Assembly (NCBI GenBank): GCA_964187785.1
Contig: CAXLNC010000756.1
Span: 1 to 64,000, forward strand
Reading direction: 5' to 3'
Origin: Amphiscolops sp. MND2022
Taxonomy: Eukaryota
Length of the DNA stretch: 64,000 nt
The notes below the pieces were generated by a model. The model was given only the letters and a program-made list of their open reading frames with translations, was not told the DNA's origin and did not search any database. Made by a program: the position numbers and the translations under genes. Shown here in pieces: positions 37,660 through 50,060 of this stretch (position 1 is the first letter of the stretch; each line of letters opens with the position of its first letter).

Positions 37660-39900
37660 ACCGCCCCAAAATTGAAAAATCTTCGCACTAGTGAAAATAA
37701 CCCTCATCATTGGCTTACTACCGATGTTCCCCAAAATCACGATTTCCAATACCAATTCTTTAAAAAACTCACTTTCAATACACAAAGTGAAGAACAAAGT
37801 CGACTCAACTCTCTTTTGCTTCGAAAAATTTTAGACACAATTATCAACTTATTTGGGATTGTATATGCCAACACGCTCGCTTTAACATTCCCTCACAATT
37901 CTCTAAAGATGAATTTCCACATTTTCTCGATACCTCTGAAAATCATCATTTCAGAAACCTAAGTGATTTTCTTGTCACCCATTTTAACTACCTTAACTAT
38001 ATTAATCATAGCCTTGATAAACGTCTGAAATTTCCTCCTCCTGTAAGACCACGCGTAAAACGTACGCCTCAATTTTCTTCTTCTGACAGTACCTCCAGTG
38101 TTTCTTACAAACCATCCCTTCCTCCTCTAACATTTTAGTAATTACTCAAGATATAGGTAATCCTCCAACAAATCTCAATCCTCACCCTCCGCCTTCTCTA
38201 AATAATGCCATCATTGCTCAACCTTCAACTTCTCACTCACCACACCCCTATAGTTCTCTTTCTTACTCTCCTCCACCACCAAACCCTATTACTACCCAGC
38301 CCCCAATCTCTCAAAGTCATCAAAATCATCCTCCAATTCCTCTTCCCTTTCCTGAGGTAATCACTACTCAACCTCAAGCTCAAAGTCTCAACATATTTAC
38401 CAACCACTCTTTCTTCTAATGCTATCCCTCCATCATCCTTTCCTACATCTCAAATCTTTCGTTAAATTTTCCACCTCCTTCGTTACCTTCTCACCGTACA
38501 TCAAATGATCCATGCACATCACTTCATACCGCTTTTCATAACAACGCTCCATCTTCTTTTCAACCCTCTACTCTCCCTCCTAACCCCCTCATACCATCTA
38601 CTACTACTTTTCCTTTTCATCCATTTTCTTCTAAACCCCTCCCGAAAAAATTTTAGCTCACCTCAGTGAACGAGTAACATTTCAACTTGGACCTCAACCC
38701 CTTGATATTCAATCATATTTATCTTGGCACTCCGGAAGTATGTCACTTCTTTATTGTTCCCTCACAGGAACTGCCTCTAATTGGTATGATCGTCTCCCAC
38801 AACTTTATAAGGTGATTGGTCTTCCTTCCTCCAATTGTTCAAAAAAACATACCATGCTCAACTTGAAGCTCTCTCTCTCTCTCGTCAAAAAGATAAGGAG
38901 AATGTTAGACATTATGCCTTAAATGTTGAAACTATTGTCAAATGAGGATGGTATAGGGAAATCCCATCCACCATATACCTCAAATGTAATGAAATTTTTA
39001 CTCGTGGTCTCCGAAAAAAACGTAAAAAAGGTTTTGCCAACAAAATTCAAGTTAAACATCTTTCAAGTTCACTTGAACCCTTCATTCCTTTTCACTCCCT
39101 TGTTAAGATAGTTAACTCTAATGACATTACATTTGAAAAAGAAAAAAACAAAAACTTTCTCCTGAACTTAAGAACCTCTCCGATACTTTTACCCAAAACG
39201 CCACTGTTGAAGGAAAACCTCAGAATCTCCACGAAAACACGACGTAGGTCATAATAATAAATTTGACCCTCAAGTTGAAATTTTTTGCTGCTTTGCCATA
39301 AAAATTATCAATATGTTTCCACTTGCTATCGCAGACTCAATACGCCTAAAGATTTTAAGCCTCAATCAAAAGTACCATTTCCATACTTTTATCAAACTTT
39401 TAAAACACCCTGCAACAAATATACCACCCAAACTCCTTGTTATCGTAGTCGAAGTAACAGTAATCTCTATTGAACGTTCTCTCGAGAATCTCGTTGTATA
39501 TCTAGTTCTCACCCCCCACTCAAACTCTCGTTCAAAATATCATGACAAACACACCTCTCATGATTCTTCTCGATACTACGATCGTAACCGATCTCGCTAT
39601 GATCAAAATTATAAAGAAACCTCCTTCACGAAGATATTATGCTTCTCGCTCATACTACAGTTCTACATCCTCTCAAAGCCCACATAAATCTTACCCTCGT
39701 TTTCGCAGACGCCCCTCTAGTTATAATGATTCCTTTTGGAGACGCGTATTACCACCATATCTATCTCCTTCTAAACCTCGCACTGATCGTTATCGATCAC
39801 ACTCAACTTCAAACACCTACTCTAATTTCCGATACGAAGCCACTGTTAACAATGCTTAACAATCTACTACACTAAATCACAATACCGCCACAGAAGTTCG
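37660..39900 (+). pseudogene. gag: gag (5'-truncated, P/S-rich linker, capsid-like, decayed knuckle, RS-rich tail)
   Basis: SLTGTASNWYDRLPQLYK (38740-38810); decayed CCF-HKNYQYVSTCYRRL (~39283-39335); SRYYDRNRSRY tail. Confidence 0.75.
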
Positions 39901-39949
39901 AAATTACGATTTACCACCCGAAAACCTCCTCTTGTTCACAATACTCCAC

Positions 39950-42900
39950 TCTTTCAAATGGTCATGCTAACGCAATCACTCCTTCTACATTGTTTGTAAA
40001 ACTTCAAACCACATGAGAACGCCTATTTATCTTCTAAACTAGAAATCTTACTCATACTAGATAGCAGTGCCTGTATCTGTGTTTTAAATTTACCCACCCT
40101 ATTCTAAAACCATAACAATTGATAATAAAGCTGAAGTTCCTTCATTATTTAATGTGATTCTCACACTCCATACATCGCAATCTTGTAATCCCATTTTCAG
40201 TTGCAAATATTAAATATAAAATATTTGGAACTCATGAATGAAAAATACGTAAAAACTCTCAATATTGAATACATGACCCCGACAATTGATACACCACATG
40301 TATCTCATGTCATTACCATTCCTTTTACTACTCTCAATTAAAAAGACTCCATTTTTTTCTCATTTACACAGTCAAATTCTATTTTAAACCCAACGCTTCT
40401 AAAATTATCCACTTTCCAATTCAACCTACCCTTCCTTTATTTTTCAAACCCTCTGAAAATGAAATAACACTTCCCTTAACTCCACATCTATATTTTATTA
40501 CTCGCCTTCACTCTACTTTTAAGTTAACCAAATTATTAACAATGAACCTAACAGTTTTTCTGTAATAATTCACAGTTTTACCCATCACTCAGTCATCCTC
40601 CCACCAGGATATACTGGATATATTGTTCCTGTCAATATTATAAAACCATCCCACTATAGAGTTAATGATGTTATATCTCGAATACACACTACATTTCATT
40701 CATATTAGCCAGATCACTCAGAACCAAAACGTCCTGTTCGTCAATCTTCTTTCCAAAAAACTAATATTGATATCATTAACTTACAACCCTCCCAACTTCT
40801 AAACAATTTCTAACGAAATTCGAAATTCCAATATCCTTTTGTCATTGGTGACGAGTTTTCAAAACTTTGCTCCATTCTGGTTAATTATCAACACTGCTAG
40901 GCTACTCATCGTAAAGATGTTGGTAAACCAGCCGCCCCTTTAGGACTTCGACTCATTCGACTCAAAGCAAATGCTAAACTCCAAACTCAAAGGCCCACCA
41001 AAGTACCACTTGATTGTAGAGACAAACCTAAAAAGCTACTCGATGAGAAAAACACAATTTTATAAGACAAACTGGCTCTACCACCTCTGATAAATCCTCC
41101 GTCTTTGGTACAACATTTTATATCCACTCATTATTATCCCTTAGACTGAAGTCGTCCTCGACGATAAACACTTAAACTCCAACACTGATCAATCTTGGCT
41201 GGCCTATTGAATCTTTAACTCATCAACTTGCAAGCGCTAAAAAAGTTAACCTGCAAATTACCTTATGTATGCTTACGCACATGCCCTTTTAGATGAAAAA
41301 AGAAACTATCACCCTCACAAGTTTCTCATCTAGAGAAAAACCCTATGTCTTTATTCGAGGTTTTTACGGCCTTAAAGGACTACGAAACTTCTTCGCCAAA
41401 CAAATGTAATCCTTTTTCCAAAAACTCAATGACCAAGGATTTGCAATTGTTTATATCGACTATATTTTCTTCCATGCTCATACCAAAACTCATATGTTAT
41501 AATTACTTGAACAGTTAGACCAATTATGCAGCTCCAATTATCTTGAAATTGCTCCTGGAAAACCTTTTTATATTCTCCTCGCTGTCAATGTTCTCCGACA
41601 TGGAATTGGCCATAGTACTTGTGGCAAAAATACTGGTAATAACACTAATAATTAAACATGTACTCGAACATTGACGGCATACAAAAGTTTAAAACCCCAC
41701 TTCTAAGACTGAACTAATGCGATTCATTGGATCCATGAATTTCTGCTCCAAATTCACAATTGAACTCCATATTTCACTCAAACCTTATTGTATACTCCTC
41801 CTTGATGATATATCATTTGATTGTACTCCTGAATTAGACAAACTCTTCAATCAATTAAAACCTCTCTCTCAAAAGATGCTGAACTCGCAATTCCTAATAT
41901 CACTAATCCTTTCTATATTACCGTTGCCGCCTCTCTTATTGGTCTAGGTTCAATACTATTTCAAACCCACACCCATAATAAAATGCAAATTATATCTTAT
42001 AACTAAGGTGTTTTAACAAATTCAGAACAAAAACATTCTAACCTATGATTGAGAACTCGCTGTAACCCTTGCTCTTACTCAACATGAATTCAATTTCTGC
42101 GATATCTTTGGCTCTAAATTCTCAAAACAATATAAAGTCAATAATCATATTAATCCTATTCTTTTTCTCTTTACTCGGAATGAAATTTTACACCAAGACA
42201 AAATAAAGCTCAAATGTACAAACAAAATTCTCAAATCTTCAAATCATTCCTTCTGCAGGTACTAATCTAACTGTTGCTGGTATGCTCAGTCGAGATTTTT
42301 CACATAATACAAACAAACTGTGTCAGTTACACCAGAAAAATATTCCTCCACACCTTGAATGTCTTCAACCTGAACCCAATGATTCTTTCAAACAACACCA
42401 CTATTTACTCAAACCTGAATCTGTAATGCCCACACAAAAAGACGATTCACACCAAATTTGAGTTGACTAGAGTGATGATCAATTTAGTACTTGATCACTT
42501 CCTTTTCAAGATAAAGGAAATACTGTCACATACACGCCTCTTGATTCATTTTCTTTTCAAACCGTAACATACTTTTTAAACAAATATAAACAACCAGTAA
42601 AGAATAAAGTTTAAAAATTGCTTCAACAGAACCCTCTTTGAAACCAAACAGATTTGTATGAAGATGGTGATCATGTTACCAAAAGGATTCCTCAACAAAA
42701 TTCACAATCACCTCAACTGTCCCCTATTATTCTATACTCTCCTCCCTGAAATCCAATACCAGTTTTTTAATGACTCGCATCTTTCTCAAGAAATCTTAAC
42801 CAACAAGACGAAATCTTTATCTACAACTTCTGATAAATCCCCTCATACTTACGCCCTAATACAAATTCCTAATAAACGTACCTCTACTCAGTCACTGCCA

Positions 42901-44250
42901 TTTTTCGATCCATCCGTTTTTGCTCATTGTAGAGCTTTTGAAAACTTTTTTCTTGCATCTAATACCTCTCGAACGAGACTTTAAGCTCATCATAAAGAGG
43001 GCCCTGTTTCCTCCACTGTTTATACATGGTTGAAACAAAAACAAAGACCCTTCTTTTTAACTACAACTAACTCTTTTCTATATAAATACTACAAACAATT
43101 CCAACATTTATATATTGACCCAAACTCACATCTTATCCAAAAATATATACCCCCAACTCCCGAATATTTGATGAAAATTCTATCAGAGCTCAACCCACTA
43201 TTAACCAAAACCGCATTTGTTTACCGTTCAAACTTTTCTATGCTGCTTTTGAAAAAACAAATATATTTGGACACTCTGTTGAAAAACAATCTATCAAAAC
43301 ATTCAATCAATTTTGTTACGTTCTTCATTTACCTTTATGGTTTTCTATTATCATTCATGATTGTTTTGAATGCCAAACAGTTTCTTAATAAAGAATTTTT
43401 TTCATGCTCTACCATTTTATGAAAAGGCAGCTCACTTTAGTTATAGAATCTCCATGGACACTAAAAGGCCTATTGCTCCTTCTTCACATGGTAACTCTTA
43501 TGTTCTTGTAATCGTTGATGCTTTGAGTCACTTTGTTGTCACAAATCCTGCTCTTCATATTTCCCCTAAAGATGCTATTCAAGCACTGCTCTTTCATTGG
43601 ATTACTAATTTTGTCCCACCTCAATATCTCGTAACTGATCGAGGTACTGAATATATTAACCAAGATATGACCCAAATTTGTTCTCTCTTTGTAATATTGA
43701 CCATTCTCCACCTACTCCGCACACACCCCTTGGACAAATGGTTTAACCGAAGTCCCAAATTGAAATCTTGGAACTCACCTCTGTTCATTTAAACAAAACC
43801 CTCCCACTAATTGGTCATTTCGATATCAAATGTATTATGCCCATAATACTTTTCCTATTTCTAAACCTGAACTTAATCCATATCAAATTGTTTTCCATAA
43901 ACACTCTCCTATTCCATTACCCATTCCTCTCAATCAATCACGTGACTCTTCCAAAAACTGTATTGCGGCATATTGTATATCTCTTCCACCTCATACAAAT
44001 TATAATTTTAACATTATTATAGTATCACTCTACTCGCCCGCGACTTAACATTCCTGATTCTGTCTCCCATCAAAGTATTCTTTCTAATTGACCTCAAAAC
44101 GAATTTGAAACCCTTTTTGAATCTTTTAATCAAACACTTCTATTAAAACCAATGCTCAACACAAAACGGATTACACCCTTTTTTTGACAAAATTTCTCTC
44201 CTTCCATTCCTCTAAAAGACCGTTTAGATGATACGGTTGACTTCATAGAC
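39950..44250 (+). pseudogene. pol: pol (PR-RT-RNase H-spacer-IN)
   Basis: Protease LLILDSSACICVLNLPT (~40050); RT YIDY (41452-41463, D->Y) and MRFIGSMNF; RNase H SEQKHSNL.LREL...AGMLSR; IN MDTKRPIAPSSHGNSYVLVIVDALSHF...YLVTDRGTEY...NGLTEV (43370-43792). Confidence 0.92.
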
Positions 44251-45186
44251 TCTGATTTTGGATTGCTCCAAAATCTTATGTGTCATTCTCTACCTCTTCT
44301 TGCACATCCACGTGTTGCTGATTCTCCCAATCTTTCTTCTGAATCTTCACCCGAATCTCAAACCTTACCCATCATATTCGAGCTCCTCTCTCACCATATA
44401 CCTTACGCCTTCTTTCCAGACTCTCGTTGAATTGTCCTTTGTCTAGACAAAAAGTGTTGTCTGACATCTGGCAATCACAATCTAACTATGAGCCATCTCC
44501 ATGAATACCTACTGCTCATTTTGTTGACAGCCTTTAACTGAATAGTCGCCTAAAAAGATAGTTGATAAATGTTTCAGTTTGCTTCTGCTTACTCTATCAT
44601 CCATTATTATAACACTTATTAAATAGACTAATACAATTGCTCAATAACACTTACTAATAATATTCAAAACTCTTTTATCCTCTGTTTCCTCCTCATTTTC
44701 AACTGTTACTTTAAATCCTCTCAAACCTCGTCTTTATTTTTACACTGTCCTCCTTTAACCCATATCCCTATTCTTTAAATACTACTCCCACTAACACTCC
44801 TACACTCACTCCCAAAACCGCTCCTACTAAGAAATTTTAACAAACCTTAACCTCGTAAATCAATCTTAGTTCCTACTTCTATTGAAGGACGTCGTAGACA
44901 ATCTCAATTTGGACCTACTTTCCCTCTTCCAACACCTTGCATAACCATTCAACCTTTATCTTCGCTTCCACCTCCTAAACCTTTAACAATCCTTGTTCTT
45001 GAATCTAGTTGCGCTTCTAAGCATGCCACTTCCTCTTTAGAAATACTCTTAGAAACCTCTTCCGAATCTACTATTCGCAGACCTGCACGCCATTGATATA
45101 ATCTTAGGTATAGTTGTAACACTACACCTTATCTTGCAAGCAGTAACTCCTCTTTATTAAGACATCACGCTCAATCTCTTTCATCT
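44250..45186 (+). pseudogene. pol C-terminal tail / accessory segment X (partly repeated at 46770-47470 and 54130-54360)
   Basis: RRPARH.YNLRY.CN.TPYL at ~45080-45130 and ~47360-47410; tggcaatca segment at ~44470, 46777 and 54145. Confidence 0.6.
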
Positions 45187-46470
45187 AACCCCATTCACCA
45201 TTGTTTGGGTCACAGAAGAACTATGTTCATTTTTTTCAACCCACTTCTTGATTAGACGTATGTCTAAACTTAATAACCCTTACTGGCTTGAAACTGAACA
45301 CTCCTGTAGTAACAGTAATTCTAATGAAACTACTTCCCATGACTCCGAATCTCAAACCCGTCTCTCGTTTTGAAACTTTCGCCGAACAAAATTTGTTTTG
45401 CAATAAATCCACATCTTTATGTACCACTCAATACCCTGATCTCCTAATTAGATAAAAGAAGATTTGAACATGCACACTGGTAAACGTAATTCTCTTCAAT
45501 TACCTGAAGATGAACAAGATGATAGACTTTTCACCCAATTATGTCTGGGAATAAAAATCACACTCAAAATAAGTTCCTTTTTCTCTGCGTTAAACTCGTC
45601 AAACAGTTTTGCCACTATTGATTAGGTTGCCCATAAAAATACTAAAACTGACTACTCTACTAATAATGTTCTTGAAACAGTGTGAGTTGCTGAACTTAAC
45701 ACTCTCCATAATATTCATGAAGTCAAACGAACTCAACTTTTAACCGTCCTCACAATGCTTCTTAAAAATCCACAACTTGCTGCTTTTCTCTTAACTCAAA
45801 AGCGTAGTATTTTTTATAGGTCGAAGGCTCAACTGCCTGGCTTTATGGATGTCCTTATCATCTTTCGCCTCTATATATAGCTGAACAATGTTTTGACAAA
45901 ATTCCTGTTAACTACATTGCCAGTCTTATGTATATTGACTCTGTCACGCGCCAAACGTTTGAATATGGTAATCAAATAACAAAAATGTTACTGCTCTTGA
46001 CCCTGACAGTTATCAAAATTACGTCTTAACTCCACAACATATTGAAAAAGACCCTCCTTTACTTTCGTTTTTGGAATCGTGTTCTCTTCACCATACATTC
46101 TGATAAAACGTTGCTTCTTGGCAAAGCTTTTAGTTATGAAATTATGAGTAAAAAATCTTCTTAACTATTCCCCAAAAATCCGTACAAAAATTCGAATTGG
46201 TCTCCATGCATATGTGTTAAACCATTTTCACACCTGATTGGTTAACTTGATTGGTTACCCTCTTTCGTTACCCATGTTAATTATTAACCCAAAGTGGAAT
46301 TTGTTTTGCCTTTGTTCTTTTTCTTTAATTTGCTTGCAACACACTCCTTACTTTTTACCACTCATTCACAGTTATGAAAGTTCCTAAAAAACAAACCTCC
46401 CTCCTTTTTGCTCTTGCCTATGTTTTTTTAGAACCATAACTAAAACACTGATGACTGCTATCACCATGTC
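45187..46470 (+). pseudogene. env: env-like fragment (N-terminus deleted), first copy in B2
   Basis: TPFTIVW, LNNPYWLET, AELNTLHNIHEVKRTQLLTVLTMLLKNPQLAAFLL, FWNRVLFTIHSDKTLLLGKA, hydrophobic C-terminus. Confidence 0.75.
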
Positions 46471-47537
46471 TCCCGACGCTACCTGAAATTCTGATGATTC
46501 TGATGCACATCCACCCTCTAATTTCAAATCTACTTTTAACACGACATTAAAACACTCTCGAATTTTTTTTGTTTTCTCGATACCAAATCCAAATTACTAT
46601 GTCTTGAAAAAAAAAAACACGGATCAAAGATCTCCCCCTAAGAATCGCTTTCTATTAATAATTCTCCTCGTCACTCTCAAGTACCTGCATTGTGTTCGCC
46701 TCCACATTTACATATGTACTTCTCCTGAAGATAATTTTTTGACAACTCCTTCAATAATTTCCCCATATCCAATGTGTGGCAATCAACTAAAGTTTATCCT
46801 CCTACTCCACCACCTATGAAATTTATGACATCCCATCAACATCTGTCAATAGTATACTTAATCCTCCCGAAAGCGCTGCTAAAATGCATTCATTGTGTCG
46901 CTTCCCAGTTGAATACATTTAGGTCTCTTTCTTTCCATACTATTCATCACTTCTCTTTCTCTCTGCTCATCGTTCAGTTCATCATGCTCATATTCGTGAT
47001 CCCAGTGAAATTGACCCAATACTCTGAAAAAATAATAACAAACCTTAACCTTGTAAATCAATCTTAGTTCCTACTTCTATTAAAGGACGTCGTGGAACCT
47101 CTCAATTTGGTCCTTTTTTCATCTTCCAAAACCTTGCATAAACACTCGACCTGTATCTCGGCTTCCACCTCCTAAACCTTTGACAATCCTTGTTTTTGAT
47201 TCTTTTGACAGACTCAGTGAAAACTCCTTTTAAGTGACGTTGACTCTACTAGATTGTTCCCTATTTATTATCGTCTTCCTCCTTCTAGTTCCTCTTCTAA
47301 GCATACCACTTCCTCATTAGATATTATCTTAGAAAAATCTTCCGAACTTTCTATTCGCAGACCTGCACGCCATAGATATAACCTTAGATATAATTGTAAC
47401 CCTACGCCGTATCTTGCAAGCACTAACTCCTCTTTATTACGACATCACGCTCAATCTCTTTCATCTGACTCTCTTTCATCTCGCAAAAATATTCAAAGTT
47501 CTGGTGTTGACACTGCCCTCTCCCAACTTCCTATAAA

Positions 47538-47990
47538 ATGACTGGACACCTTTTTTCTCGGCCCACTTCCCAAAATCCCAATGTTTTCTCTTCTGCTGAA
47601 TTCCTCCTAAAGATTAATCTTTCCACTGATCACTGCTCTACTCCAGCTACGCCTAATAGTGTTGATTATCCACTGATTGTCAACAATACTCTTGTCCCTA
47701 GTTCTCGTCAAAATCCCCGCTCTTTATATCGTGCCCCTCATAAATTGAATTCTGATACTCAATTTTCCGACAATCGTCGTTGTAATAAATTTCATAGATT
47801 AGATACTACAAATCTTGATGTTAAAGCTGAAATCACTGTTAAATTTCATAATTTAAGTCCCCATGCAATTATTTCTCATCTCACTGTCAATTTCAAGTCT
47901 TTACCATATCCTTTCATTGCCACTAACCTCAACCTTTTTGTCAGTGATCACCCTCCTTTCAGTCTTCTCCACAATTCTATCACTTCTTAA
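47538..47990 (+). CDS. Pre-env accessory ORF (150 aa), unknown function
   Basis: Open 150-aa frame; KINLSTDHCSTPATPNSVDYPLIV...QNPRSL resembles B1 KNFIAEHSRHPTPNYADSSIRV...YNPKTI. Confidence 0.5.
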   Translation: MTGHLFSRPTSQNPNVFSSAEFLLKINLSTDHCSTPATPNSVDYPLIVNNTLVPSSRQNPRSLYRAPHKLNSDTQFSDNRRCNKFHRLDTTNLDVKAEITVKFHNLSPHAIISHLTVNFKSLPYPFIATNLNLFVSDHPPFSLLHNSITS

Positions 47991-48169
47991 ACACACTCAC
48001 TTTTTTGAAATACACTGCTCAATTTTTATCTTTTCTCCTCATGAAATCTCACTCAAAACTCTACTTTGTTTTCTTTCTCTTCCTCCTCAAATAGTTCACT
48101 CTTCTCAGCATTTCTCTCGACTGTTCTACTGATATAATAGAAGCTAATGATCCTCATATTTCTGACCTA

Positions 48170-50060
48170 TTGGTTTCTCACTTTGATTCTTCCAAACAAC
48201 ATAATCTCCGTCAATGCAGTTTACCTCGAGTACAACCTTGTGCTCAAGTCCCTTCCTCCTTTGAACGCATGCTTCCTCCTCATGCTTTTGCAAATGTTTT
48301 TGTTCGCGCTATAGCTAAACGCCTGAAAGTATGGACCTGTGAAGATTATGTTAAACGTGAAAAATTTGTTTGTGCACAATATGATTGTAAATACTGACTA
48401 TAATCAGAACACCATGGACTTCAGACCCTAAAGAATGCTATTCGTCAACTAATTGGAATTGATAATCCTCAACTTAAGGCTTTTGATATTAGCAACTTCT
48501 CAACTTCATTTGATGATGTAAAAACCAACAACTCCGTGAAACTAAAAAACCTCCTTTTCGTATACCACTCAACACTTTTCCTTGTTTGGATAACAAACTG
48601 TCAACTTGTTTTAAAGGCAACGCTAGAAGAAAACGCTGTTTTCGGGTACCGCTATGATTATAAAATTGAATAAGATAGTTGGTCTTTAATTGTTCGAAAC
48701 TTGAAATCAACTATGATGATAAATATAGTAACTTCATTTATCATGGAAAAACCTTTTCTTTCCTCCATGATGATGATTTTGCAAACCCACCATTTTAACC
48801 ACATTCACCATTGTTTGGTTCCCGGGAGAACTATGTTCATTTTTTTCAATCCACTTCGTTATTAGACGTATGTCTGAACTTAATAACCGTTACTGTTTCG
48901 AAACCCAACACTTCTGTAGTAACAGTGATTCTAATATTCCTCTTGAAACTTCTTGTCATGACTCTGACTCTCAAACCCGTCTCTCTAGTTTTGAAAGCTT
49001 CCCCGAAAGTAAATTGTTTTGCAATAAACCCACAACTTTATATACCACTCAATACGCTGATCACCTAATAACATATTAAGATGACTTTATCATGCACACT
49101 GGTAAACGTACTCCTCTTGAATTACTTGAAGATGAACAATATGATTCACCCAATTATGTCTAGTAATATAATCCACACTAAAAATAGGCTCCTTTTTTTC
49201 CTGCGTTAATTTCGTCAAACAATTTTGCCACTATTGATTAGGAAGCCCATAAATATACTAAAACTGACTACTCTATTAATATTGTTCTTAAAACAATGTG
49301 AGTTGCTGAACTGAACACTCTCCATACTATTCGCGAAATCGAACGAACTCAACGCCTCCAACATCCACACCTTGCTGGTTTTCTCTTAACTCAAAAGCGT
49401 TGCATTTCGAAAGCTCAACTACTTGTCTTTATGGATGTCCTCATCATCTTTCCCCTCTATATTTAGCTGAACAACGTTAGGATAAAATTCATGTTAACTA
49501 CTTTGCCACCCTTATGTATGTTGACCCAATCACTCGCAAAAATTTTGAATAAGATAATCAAATAACAAAACGTTCCTGCTCTTGACCCTGATAGTTATCA
49601 ATATTATGTCTTAACTTCACAACATATTTAAAAAGGCCCTCCTTTACTCTCATTTTTGGAATCGTGTTCTCTTCACCATACATTCTTATAAAACGTTGCT
49701 TCTTGGCAAAGCTATTAGTTATGAAATTATGAGTAAACAATCTTCTTAACTATTCCCCAAAAATCCGTACAAAACTTCGAATTGGTCTCCATGCATATAT
49801 GTTAAACCTTTTTCACACCTGATTGGTTAACTTGATTGGTTCCCTTCTTTGGTTACCCAAATTTTATATTAACTCAATGTGGATTTTCTCTCTGCACTGG
49901 TATTTTTGTTTAATCTGCTTTCAACGCACTCGCTAGTTTATACCGCTCACTCACAGCTAGGAAAGTTCCTAAAAAACAAATTTCCCTCCTTTCCGCTTTT
50001 TCCTATGGTGTTTTGGAACCACAAGTAAAACAATGATGACTGCTATTACCACGTCTCCCG
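48170..50060 (+). pseudogene. env: env-like gene, most complete B2 copy
   Basis: FDSSKQHNLRQCSLPRVQPC...VFVRAIAKRLKVWTCEDYVKREKFVC (48170-48397), then the same mid and C-terminal motifs as B1 env. Confidence 0.75.

Noticed and set aside
41620-41669. Foreign TGTGGC-initiated segment inside B2 RT as a distinct mobile element
   Set aside because: No matching right terminus or TSD; noted only as support for the 40-bp insertion finding
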